DNA of 64,000 nt from Acidobacteriota bacterium (lineage in GTDB: Bacteria; Actinomycetota; Acidimicrobiia; Acidimicrobiales; CADCSY01), in NCBI GenBank assembly GCA_019510095.1, contig JAEKLB010000020.1, forward strand, positions 12,499-76,498, read 5' to 3'. Each line of letters starts with the position of its first letter. The stretch's first letter is position 1. This document shows, in pieces, positions 17,684 through 30,474 of the stretch. Below the pieces are notes generated by a model. That model saw only the letters and a program-made list of their open reading frames with translations, was not told the DNA's origin and ran no database searches. The position numbers and the translations under genes were made by a program.

Positions 17684-19019
17684 TCACTGCACGGTCGAGC
17701 ACAGCCCGCACGATCGCGTGCTGACGGGTCAGGTTCAGGGAACCCCACTGATCACGCAGCCCGTCGCCATTGCCAGGCAGCCCGACGAGCGTGTCAGTCC
17801 GAGTGACACGAGCCAGTCGCCCTTGGGTGTCACGCATCCGCTCCTCAACCGAGCGCCGTGCCGTCAGCCACTCAGCGCGGGTGATCTCCTTTGCCGCCCA
17901 CATGCCCGCCAGCTCGTCCAACTGCCCACGATCAGCCGACAACGACTCCGACAGCGCAGCCACCGCCTCGTCAGCAGCGCCCCGACCCGCAAGCGTGTCG
18001 GCAAGCTCCGGCGTATCGAGCCGATACAGCACCGCGGCGGCGACGAACTCCTCGAGCGGGCCCGCCACTACCGTCAGCCTCCCGCAACCTCCATGGTCCG
18101 GTCCCGACGAGCACACGTAGCGGCGAGTCGTCGCCCGAGCCGACGAATAGAGAACACCGCCGCACTTGCCGCACCGCAACAGACCGGTCAACAGATACCG
18201 ACGAGGCGCACGCCGGCCCGATGTCTTCTTGGCCTCCATCACCGCGAGAACCCGCTCCCGATCAGCAGGAGTGACGATCGGCTCCCAAACCGCGGGGCCG
18301 ACAACCTCGCCACGATGCGTCCGGAGGCCCGCGATCCGCCCCGAGCACAACAAGTCCCGCAGCGTCGGCGTCCGCCAGGGCCCGCCCTTGACCGTCCGCA
18401 CACTCTCGGCGTCCAACCACGTCGCCAGCGACCGCAAGCTCTCGCCGGCCAAGAACCGAGCCACCAACTGACGGATCACTTCGGCTTCGTCCGCCTTGAC
18501 CGTCACCTTGTCGGCCTCGTAGCCAAAGGGCCGCTGGCTCCCACCATGGGGCCGTCCCTCCGCTGCCACCTGATCCAGTTTGCGGCGCACCCGGCGACTC
18601 TTCGACGCCGACTCGTTCGCAGCCACCGCGGACAGCATGCGCAACACCAACAGCCCGTCACCATTCGCCACGTCCACGTCGCCGCCCGCCACGAACCGAA
18701 CATGACGGACCTTGGCATCCGTGACGACTTCCACGAACCGCTCTAGCTCGATCGGCCGACGAGTCAAGCGGTCAACGTGGTACACGACCACCGCGTCCCT
18801 CAGTCCGCTCCGCAGGTCCTCCAGCATCTCCTCATAGCGAGGACGACGCTTGCCCGAGAACGCTGACACGTCGTTGTCGACGTACTCCTCAGCCACCTCC
18901 CAGCCCAACTCCCGAGCCAGCCGTCGACAGTCCTCCAACTGCCGCAACACCCCGAGGGAAGTGCCCTCCTGGTCCGACGAAATACGGGCGTACACAGCAG
19001 CAGAGCGGGCGATCGCCAT
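17616..19019 (-). CDS. Large serine recombinase (integrase)
   Basis: AAVYARISSD catalytic Ser, DNDVSA, DRLTR, recombinase domain, LLTGLLRCGKCG..YVC..C zinc ribbon, coiled coil. Confidence 0.95.
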   Translation of the reverse strand: MAIARSAAVYARISSDQEGTSLGVLRQLEDCRRLARELGWEVAEEYVDNDVSAFSGKRRPRYEEMLEDLRSGLRDAVVVYHVDRLTRRPIELERFVEVVTDAKVRHVRFVAGGDVDVANGDGLLVLRMLSAVAANESASKSRRVRRKLDQVAAEGRPHGGSQRPFGYEADKVTVKADEAEVIRQLVARFLAGESLRSLATWLDAESVRTVKGGPWRTPTLRDLLCSGRIAGLRTHRGEVVGPAVWEPIVTPADRERVLAVMEAKKTSGRRAPRRYLLTGLLRCGKCGGVLYSSARATTRRYVCSSGPDHGGCGRLTVVAGPLEEFVAAAVLYRLDTPELADTLAGRGAADEAVAALSESLSADRGQLDELAGMWAAKEITRAEWLTARRSVEERMRDTQGRLARVTRTDTLVGLPGNGDGLRDQWGSLNLTRQHAIVRAVLDRAVISAGASGAREFDPARVELVWRV

Positions 19020-19045
19020 AGAGGGCAGATTAACAAAGGACGGTG

Positions 19046-19207
19046 AACCTCGTGCTGCTCTGCCGTCGTCACCACCGCCTGCTCCATCGAGACGGTTGGA
19101 GCCACAAGCTCCTGCCCGACACGCAACTGGTGGTCACCACGCCCGATGGTCGGGTCCTCCGCAGCATGCCGCCCGGACGACCACCACCTGCGCTTCCGCT
19201 GGAGTAG
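19046..19207 (+). pseudogene. 3' remainder of the DUF222/HNH gene, beginning at the attR core
   Basis: NLVLLCRRHHRLLHRDGW...TTPDGR...LPLE*; completes the HNH motif in frame with the 5' part. Confidence 0.9.
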
Positions 19208-19254
19208 CACCCGATCTGGAATGCCGGCCGGGCCGAACAGGGCCGACCTGCCTG

Positions 19255-20121
19255 CTACTCGGGGGTCTGGCTCCCGCCTTGCTCCAACCACTGGTTGAAG
19301 ACGGGCGGGCGCTTCTCGAAGAACGCCTTGGAGCCGTCGTGGGCGTCGTCGTGGAAGTCGCTCAAGGCGGTCTTGGTGGCGATGTCATCGCCGGCCTGGT
19401 CGAAGGTGAGGTGAGCGGCGTTGTACACCGCCTTCTTGAGCAGGCGCATGGCGACCTGCGGGCCGGCGGCCAGCTCCCGGGCCAGCTCCATGGTGCGCTC
19501 CATCAGCAACTCGTCGTCGACCGAGTCGTTGACCAGGCCGAGCTCGGCGGCCTCGTCGCCCGTGACGATCCGCTTGCGGAGCAGGAAGTCGAGCGCCCGC
19601 TTCACGCCGAGATGCTCGACGAGGAGCCAGTGCCCGCCTTCGTCGGGCTGCCAACCCATGCGCAGGGTGGCGCTGCCGAGCTGGGCCGAGCGAGCAGCGA
19701 TGGCGAAGTCGCACGCCAGCACCACGGACAGGCCGAGCTGGATGGCAGCGCCATTGACCGCGGCGATGGTGATCTTGTCGAGGCGACGAATGACTCGTGC
19801 CGGGTCCTGCGCATAGGTGGCCAGCCGGGCGTAGAGGTTGACCGGCACCTTGCTGAAGCCCTCAGGAAGATCAGAGACGAGGGTCGGCGGCTCCGGCTCG
19901 GCGGACTTGTTGTTGACACCGGCAATGAAGCCTCGACCCGTCCCGGTGAGCACGACGACTCGCACGGCGTCGTCGAACTGGGCGAGGGTCAGCACCTCGC
20001 ACAGGTCGCGACGCGCACCGAAGCTCATGGCGTTGAGCCGCTCGGGGCGGTTGAAGGTGATGATGGCGATCCCGTCGCCGTCGACGGTCGCGTCGAATCC
20101 CTGGTAGCTGCCCTCGATCAC
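19255..20121 (-). CDS. Enoyl-CoA hydratase/isomerase family protein
   Basis: ITFNRPERLNA, IAAVNG, LACDF, AFFEKRPP; GTGA overlap. Confidence 0.88.
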   Translation of the reverse strand: MIEGSYQGFDATVDGDGIAIITFNRPERLNAMSFGARRDLCEVLTLAQFDDAVRVVVLTGTGRGFIAGVNNKSAEPEPPTLVSDLPEGFSKVPVNLYARLATYAQDPARVIRRLDKITIAAVNGAAIQLGLSVVLACDFAIAARSAQLGSATLRMGWQPDEGGHWLLVEHLGVKRALDFLLRKRIVTGDEAAELGLVNDSVDDELLMERTMELARELAAGPQVAMRLLKKAVYNAAHLTFDQAGDDIATKTALSDFHDDAHDGSKAFFEKRPPVFNQWLEQGGSQTPE

Positions 20122-20930
20122 GCCTGCTTGCCCTTCTGCAAGGCCCCACTGAGTCGACCGGGTCGCGGCGGGCCGGAGTTGAGAGCCGAGTTGGCGATCC
20201 GTTCGATGTGCCGGCTCTTCTCCCGGTCCTCTGCGGTGCACAGGTCGATCGTCAGCTTGGCCATGCCCAGCGCGTCGGCATCGAGGGCAACCAGGCTGCG
20301 GGCGAACTCGTAGACCCGGTCCATGAACTCCTCGGCCGGATAGACCTCGTGCACCAGGCCGATGCGCAGCGCGGTGTCGGCGTCGATGTTGCGGCCGGCC
20401 ATGCCGATCCACTTCGACCAGTGGGGCCCCACGAGCCGGGTCAGCCGGCTGATCCCGCCGCTGCCAGCGATGACACCGAGGTTCGGCACCTCGGGGAGCC
20501 CGTAGGTGGTGTGCGGCGCGCAGAAGCGGAAGTCGCACGACACACCCATCTCCAGCCCGAGGCCGAGGCAGGGCCCTTGCGCGGCATGGATGATCGGCTT
20601 CTCGATCTTCTCGAACTCGTCGTGCAGCTCGTGGTGGCGCTGCCGGTACTTGCGCCGCTGCAACGTCTTGGTCGGCTGCGGGCCCTCGAAGTCGCGCCGC
20701 TCGGCCTGGGCCTCGTCGCTGATGTCGAGCCCGGCCGTGAAGTAGCGCCCGTTGGCGGTGAGCACCATCACCCGGAGCTCCTCGGTGTCGCCGAAGCGCC
20801 AGGTCGCCTCGTCGAGCGCCTGGCTCATCGGCAGGTTGATGGCATTGAGCTTCTTTGGCCGGTTGAGGGTGACGGTCATGATCCCGTCCTCCTCGGCCAC
20901 CAACACTGGTGCGTCGGGCTGCTCTGCCAT
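20118..20930 (-). CDS. Enoyl-CoA hydratase/isomerase family protein
   Basis: LNRPKKLNA, FTAGLDI, GLGLE..CDFR, GLPE. Confidence 0.88.
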   Translation of the reverse strand: MAEQPDAPVLVAEEDGIMTVTLNRPKKLNAINLPMSQALDEATWRFGDTEELRVMVLTANGRYFTAGLDISDEAQAERRDFEGPQPTKTLQRRKYRQRHHELHDEFEKIEKPIIHAAQGPCLGLGLEMGVSCDFRFCAPHTTYGLPEVPNLGVIAGSGGISRLTRLVGPHWSKWIGMAGRNIDADTALRIGLVHEVYPAEEFMDRVYEFARSLVALDADALGMAKLTIDLCTAEDREKSRHIERIANSALNSGPPRPGRLSGALQKGKQA

Positions 20931-20954
20931 GGGCCGGACGCTACCGTCGCCGCT

Positions 20955-21674
20955 GTGAGCGATGACGAGGGGCTCTACTTCCGCCAGCTGCTGTCGGGCC
21001 GCGACTTCGCGGTCGGCGACGGCGCCGCGACGCAGATGGTCAACTTCGTCTACCTGATCGGCGATCGCGCCACGGGCGAGGCCGTCGTGGTCGATCCCGC
21101 CTACGCGGTGCGGGAGCTGGTCGAGATCGCCGGCGCCGATGGGATGCGCATCACCGGCGCCCTCGCCACCCACCACCACCCCGACCACGTGGGCGGGTCG
21201 ATGATGGGCGTCACCCTCGAGGGCGTGGCCGAGCTGCTCGGCCTCGGCCTGGGGCCGGTGCACGTCCAGCGGGACGAGGCTCCCTTCGTCCAACGGGTCA
21301 CCGGGGCCGAAGCCAGCGATCTGGTCTCCCACGACAGTGGCGACGTGGTCGAGGTCGGCTCGGTGACGATCGAGCTCCTGCACACGCCCGGCCACACGCC
21401 CGGCAGCCAGTGCTTCCTGGTCGACGGGTTGCTGGTGTCGGGCGACACCCTGTTCCTCGAGGGGTGTGGGCGCACTGACTTCCCGGGCAGCGACCCTGCT
21501 GCCATGTACGACAGCCTGCAGCGCCTGGCAGCGTTGCCGGCGGCGACGGTGGTCTTCCCCGGCCACCGGTACTCGATGCCGTCGTTCGGGAGCCTCGAGG
21601 CCATCAAGGAGTCGAACTACGTGTACCGGCCCGGCACCAAGGAGCAGTGGCTCGCCATGTTCGGTGGGGCCTGA
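20955..21674 (+). CDS. MBL-fold metallo-hydrolase (glyoxalase II-like)
   Basis: THHHPDHVGG, HTPGHTPGS, SGDTLF, PGH. Confidence 0.9.
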   Translation: MSDDEGLYFRQLLSGRDFAVGDGAATQMVNFVYLIGDRATGEAVVVDPAYAVRELVEIAGADGMRITGALATHHHPDHVGGSMMGVTLEGVAELLGLGLGPVHVQRDEAPFVQRVTGAEASDLVSHDSGDVVEVGSVTIELLHTPGHTPGSQCFLVDGLLVSGDTLFLEGCGRTDFPGSDPAAMYDSLQRLAALPAATVVFPGHRYSMPSFGSLEAIKESNYVYRPGTKEQWLAMFGGA

Positions 21675-21693
21675 TTCCGGCTACAACTGGGGC

Positions 21694-21950
21694 ATGCGCT
21701 TTCGACTCGGAGCAATGATCGGTTTTGGTGCCGGCTACTACCTGGGGGCCAAGGCTGGGCGCGAGCGCTACGAGCAGCTCAACGCCGTGATCAAGAAGGT
21801 TCGGGGCAGCGACGCCTACGAGGCGGCCACCGACAAGGCCCGTGACGTCGTCGACCTCACCGTCGAGAAGACCAAGGACTTCATCGACGAGCACAAGCAG
21901 GGCGCATCGGCCGACGCCTACGACGGCGACCTGAGCCCCATCACCAACAA

Positions 21951-21954
<4 letters not shown>
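21694..21954 (+). CDS. Small actinobacterial membrane-anchored protein (YtxH-like)
   Basis: [20 protein letters not shown]. Confidence 0.75.
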
Positions 21955-23203
<1,249 letters not shown>

Positions 23204-23207
<4 letters not shown>

Positions 23208-24961
23208 GCCCCCTCCTCACCCCGGGCCACGAGGAAGGGTACCAACTGGCCCAGCGCCGCCAGGCGGGTGTCCGACTCCCGGAGCTCCTCGAGACGGAGC
23301 TTCAGCCAGCCCACCACCTCGGCGGCGGCGAGCGGGTCGTCGGTGGCCCGGGCGTCGGCCCCGACCTCCTGGAGCACCCGGCCGATGGCCTCGGCGACCA
23401 GGAGGGCCACGACGTCGTCGGCCTCGATGTCGACCTCTTCGACGGCCAGCCGCTGCAGCAGCTCGGCCGCCTCCGGGTCGGCGGCCTCGATGGCCTCGTG
23501 CAGGGTCGACGCCCCCGAGAGGGCGCGGTAGGCAGCGAGCTCGACGGGATCGGTGAACAGCACGTCGTGCAACCAGTCGGCGACCGACTCCGGCTGGTGC
23601 ACGGCGAGTCCGAGCACGAGCAGCGACGGGCTCTCGGGCCGAGCCGGGCGTCGTCGCGCCGGGGCTGGCTGGGCGGCCCGGTGGTCGGCCCCTCGCGCCG
23701 AGGTTCGCAGGCGGTCGGGGTCGACGCGGGTGCGGTCGGCGACCTGCATCACGTACTGGTCACGGACGAGCTCGTTGGGATGCTCGGCGATGATCGTCAT
23801 GGCCGCCTCGGCGACGCGCGCCCGCCCCTCGGCCGTGGTGAGGTTGGCCGAGCCCAGCAGCCGGTTGATGCGAAAGCCGAGGAACGGCGTGGCCTCGGCC
23901 ACCGCCTTCCGAAGGGCAGTTGGGTCGGACCGGGCGAGGTCGCCGGGGTCGGCGCCGGGCGGCAGTGCGGCGACGTAGACGTCGAGCTCGTGGCGTCGCT
24001 CCCACTCGTAAAAGCGCTCGGCCGCGCCCTGGCCGGCGGCGTCGGCGTCGAACGCGAGCACGATCTTCCGCGAGAAGTTCTTCAACGTCCGGAAGTGGCT
24101 GTCGGTCAGGGAGGTGCCGCAGGTCGCCACTGCCCAGGGCACACCGGCCAGACCCATTCCGATGACATCGGTGTACCCCTCGCAGACCACCACCTCGCCC
24201 TGCCGGACGATGTGCTCCTTCGCCCAGTTGAGCCCGTACAAGGTGTCGCTCTTGTCGTAGATGGCGGTCGAGGGGGAGTTCTTGTACTTGGCCGGGTCGT
24301 TCGAGCCGGGCAGGATGCGACCGCCAATGGCCACCGCATCGCCGCGCGAGTCGAAGATCGGGAACAGCACCCGGCCGCGGAAGGAGTCCTGCAGCCGTTC
24401 GCGCTTGTTCAGGAACGCCAGCCCGGTCTCCCGCAGCACCTCCGACGACAGGCCGATCGACCTCGAAAGCGTGTCCCAGTCGTCGGGCGCCCAACCCAGC
24501 TTGTAGGTGCGGACGATGTCACCGTCGTAGCCCCGTGACCGGAGGTAGCCCCGCGCCTGGTTCGCATCGGGCGCGGTCAGCAGCCGTTGGTGGTACCAGT
24601 CGACGGCCTTGGCCATGGCCTCGACCAGTCCGGAGCGCTTCTTGCGCTGGCCGGTCTCCTGGGTCGAGTCGTAGTGCAGGGTGATGCCGGCCTTGGCCGC
24701 CAACGACTCGACCGCGCCGACGAAGTCGAGGTGCTGGATCTCCCGCACGAAGGTGATCACATCGCCCTTGGCCTGGCACCCGAAGCAGTAGTAGAAGCCC
24801 AGATCACCATTGACCGAGAACGACGGCGTCTTCTCACCGTGGAACGGGCAGAGGCCCGTCCACCGGGCACCCTGCTTCCGGAGCCCGACGTGCTCGCCGA
24901 TGACGTCGACGATCGAGACCTGGGCCCGAATCCGCTCGATGTCCTCGTTGGCGATGCCCAT
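23204..24961 (-). CDS. dnaG: DNA primase
   Basis: CPFH.EKTPSF, CFGC zinc finger, KYKNSP, EGYTD, FDADAAG Toprim. Confidence 0.97.
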
Positions 24962-24981
24962 CTCAGCCCTGAGGGTACGGG

Positions 24982-25947
24982 CTACTCCCGGGCGTCGGCC
25001 CGGAGCGAGGCCATGACCGCCACGAACAGCGTGAGGACGATGACCACCAGCCCGGCCCAGGTCGGCAGGTGGATCAGCTCGTGGACGAGCATCTTCACGC
25101 CGACGAAGCCGAGGATCACCGCGAGACCGAGGTTGAGGTACCGGAACCGGCCGGCCATGCCGGCGAGGCAGAAGTACAGCGACCGCAGCCCGAGGATGGC
25201 GAAGGCGTTCGAGCTGAACACGATGAACTGCTCGCGGCTCACGGCCAGGATCGCCGGGATCGAGTCGACGGCGAAGAGCACGTCGGTCGTCTCGATCATG
25301 ACCAACACCGCGAACAGGGGCGTCGCCACCCGCCTGCCGTTCTCCTTGGTGAAGAGCTTCTGGCCGTCGTACTCGTTGGTCGAGGGGATGAACCGTCGAA
25401 CGAGCTTCAGCGCCACGTTGTCGTCAGGATGCACCTCGGCATCGTCATGACGACCGATCTTCACCGCGGTGTACACCAGGAACCCGCCGAACACGTAGAG
25501 CACCCACTCGAACTGCTCGACCAGGGCGACCCCGGCGAAGATGAAGATGGCACGCAGCACCAGCGCGCCGAAGATGCCCCAGAACAGGACTCGGAACCGG
25601 TACATCAACGGCACGCCGAAGTACGTCAGGATCACGGCCCACACGAACACGTTGTCGATCGACAGGCTCTCCTCGATGAGATAGCCCGACAGGTACTCGC
25701 CCGCCGCCTGACCTCCCTGCCACGCAAGGATCACGAAGGTGAAGGCCAGTCCCAACGAGATCCACACGCCGCTCTCGATTGCCGCTTCGCGCAGTGTGAT
25801 CTCATGCGCCGTGCGGTGCACCAGCAGGAGGTCGGCGGCGACCAGCACCACGATCAGCGCCACGAACCCGGCCCACACCACGTTGGGCGTCTCGAAGCTC
25901 GAGAAGCTCTCGGCGCTCTCGGCCGTGCTCGCCAGCTGCAGCATCAA
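24982..25947 (-). CDS. TerC/Alx family membrane protein
   Basis: GYLIEESLSIDNVFV, DVLFAVDSIPA, SNAFAILGLRSLYF. Confidence 0.92.
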   Translation of the reverse strand: MMLQLASTAESAESFSSFETPNVVWAGFVALIVVLVAADLLLVHRTAHEITLREAAIESGVWISLGLAFTFVILAWQGGQAAGEYLSGYLIEESLSIDNVFVWAVILTYFGVPLMYRFRVLFWGIFGALVLRAIFIFAGVALVEQFEWVLYVFGGFLVYTAVKIGRHDDAEVHPDDNVALKLVRRFIPSTNEYDGQKLFTKENGRRVATPLFAVLVMIETTDVLFAVDSIPAILAVSREQFIVFSSNAFAILGLRSLYFCLAGMAGRFRYLNLGLAVILGFVGVKMLVHELIHLPTWAGLVVIVLTLFVAVMASLRADARE

Positions 25948-26984
25948 CCGTCATCCCCCTGTTCGTGCTCGAGGCTTCGCTCCACGAGCTCTTCGATCGG
26001 CCCGCCGTCGTTCCGGCCGTCGTGGCGGTCAGCCCGCGCCGAGAACGACACGGCAGTCAGCAACGTCGCTGTGATGACCGCCAACGACGCCCACGTCGGG
26101 ACGTGCACCACATCGGCGGTCTCGACGATCATCTTGGTTCCCACGAAGGCGAGGATCACACCAAGCCCCACGTTGAGATAGCGGAAGCGACCGGCCATGC
26201 CCTGCAGGCAGAAGTAGAGGGACCGAAGGCCAAGCAGGGCCATGGCGTTGGAGCTGACGACGATGAACTGCTCGCGGCTGACGGCGATGACTGCCGGAAT
26301 CGAGTCGACGGCGAACAGGACGTCGGTGGCCGCCACCATCACGACGACAGCGAAGAGCGGCGTCGCCAGCCGCCGGCCGTCCTTCACGGTGAACAGCCGC
26401 TGGCCGTCGTACTCGGCGGTCGATGGCACCAGCCGGCGAACCGCCCGCATGGCGAGGTTCCGATCAGGGTGGACCTCGGCCTCGTCGTGGCGGCCGATCC
26501 TCCACGCCGTGTAGAGCAGGAACGCCCCGAAGCCGTAGAGGACGAACTCGAACCGGTTCACCAGCGCCACGCCACCGAGGATGAACAGGGCCCGCAGCAC
26601 CAATGCACCGGCGATGCCCCAGAACAGGACCCGGAACCGGTACGCCAGGGGGACAGCGAAGAAGGTGAGGATGACCGCCCACACGAAGACGTTGTCGACC
26701 GAGAGGCTCTCCTCGATCAGGTAGCCCGACAGGTACTCCCCTGCCGCCCGACCGCCGTGCCAGGCGAGCACCACCAGCGCGAAGGCCAGGCCCATGGTGA
26801 GCCACACGCCGCTCTCCAGCGCGGCTGTGCGCAGCGAGAGCTCCCGGGGGCCGCGATGGACCACCAGGATGTCGGTGGCGATGATCGCCACCACGAAGCC
26901 GACGAACGCGATCCATGCCCAGACCGGAACGTCGAAGTGTGCATACGCCGTCGACGCCGCTACCAGCGCGGCGGTGAAGGTCAA
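25944..26984 (-). CDS. TerC/Alx family membrane protein (tandem paralog)
   Basis: Same motifs; TTG start is uncertain. Confidence 0.9.
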   Translation of the reverse strand: MTFTAALVAASTAYAHFDVPVWAWIAFVGFVVAIIATDILVVHRGPRELSLRTAALESGVWLTMGLAFALVVLAWHGGRAAGEYLSGYLIEESLSVDNVFVWAVILTFFAVPLAYRFRVLFWGIAGALVLRALFILGGVALVNRFEFVLYGFGAFLLYTAWRIGRHDEAEVHPDRNLAMRAVRRLVPSTAEYDGQRLFTVKDGRRLATPLFAVVVMVAATDVLFAVDSIPAVIAVSREQFIVVSSNAMALLGLRSLYFCLQGMAGRFRYLNVGLGVILAFVGTKMIVETADVVHVPTWASLAVITATLLTAVSFSARADRHDGRNDGGPIEELVERSLEHEQGDDG

Positions 26985-27091
26985 CGCGTACCTGCGCTAT
27001 TGAGCCGCACGAACCCCGCGACAGGTACGCAATGTCCCCGCGTACCTGCGCTATTGAGCCGCAAGGCGAACCCCGCGACAGGTACGCAATG

Positions 27092-27093
<2 letters not shown>
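26985..27093. repeat. Two tandem ~54-bp palindromic units
   Basis: Units 26985-27036 and 27039-27093, each GCGTACCTG...CAGGTACGC; they differ by a 3-nt indel. Confidence 0.9.
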
Positions 27094-29743
<2,650 letters not shown>

Positions 29744-29784
29744 AGTGGGTCGAGGTTAGACCGCCGACCCAGGTGACCCAGTGG

Positions 29785-30444
29785 TCAGGACCTCGGAAGT
29801 GGCCGCAGGCCGTTCGCCCATCGCTCGAGCACGATGCCGACGTCCCGCCGGGCCCGCTGGGGATCGGTGGACCGGCTGACGTAGATGCCGGCCTCCGACA
29901 CCACCGATGCCAGGAGATGGCCGAGCGGCTCGACGGGGACGGCATCGATGTGTCCTGCCGCCATCAGGTCACGCAGGCGCTGCTCCCACCTCGAGTTCAT
30001 CGAGCGTTCGGCGATCTCGACCACTGCGGCCAGGCCGAACACCATCGGTCCGTCGACGAGGAGGATCCGGGCGCGTGCCGGCGCCAGGCACCCATCGAGG
30101 TAGGCGAGCATGCCGCGGATCGCCATCGACCACTGGTCCTCGGTCGGCGAGGCGGCCGCGACGACCTGCACGCTCTCCACTGCCTCCTCGATGACCTCGG
30201 CCACCACGCAACGGAAGAGGTCCTCCTTGTCGACGAAGTGGTGGTAGAGCGCACCCCGTGTGACCCCGGCGAGGGCCACGATCTCCTCGGTCCCGGTGTC
30301 GTGGTAGCCGACGGCGGCGAAGAGCTCCCGGGCGGCCTGGAGGAGCTTGGCCCGCGTGGCATCCGGCTGGCGCTTGCGCTTGGCAGCGGCTCCTGCGGTA
30401 GCGGCGGTCGGTGCGATGCCGCCGAGTGTAGGTACTGTCCACAT
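29785..30444 (-). CDS. TetR family regulator
   Basis: TRAKLLQAARELF...AGVTRGALYHHF.DKEDLF; start uncertain. Confidence 0.88.
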   Translation of the reverse strand: MWTVPTLGGIAPTAATAGAAAKRKRQPDATRAKLLQAARELFAAVGYHDTGTEEIVALAGVTRGALYHHFVDKEDLFRCVVAEVIEEAVESVQVVAAASPTEDQWSMAIRGMLAYLDGCLAPARARILLVDGPMVFGLAAVVEIAERSMNSRWEQRLRDLMAAGHIDAVPVEPLGHLLASVVSEAGIYVSRSTDPQRARRDVGIVLERWANGLRPLPRS

Positions 30445-30455
30445 ACAGGCTGTAT
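30443..30455. promoter_or_regulatory. Putative TetR operator
   Basis: Palindrome ATACAG-G-CTGTAT between the divergent TetR and target genes. Confidence 0.55.
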
Positions 30456-30474
30456 CCACTCGGAGGCGCCGATC

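Larger units (their letters stand above)
13230..19053. mobile_element. ~5.8 kb integrative element (large serine recombinase + HUH Rep + AIPR cargo)
   Basis: Flanking 8-bp direct repeat AACCTCGT; removing it restores the HNH gene in frame; recombinase starts beside the right junction. Confidence 0.9.

Noticed and set aside
13230..19053. Prophage or conjugative element call
   Set aside because: No recognisable structural, packaging, lysis, FtsK/TraB or T4SS genes
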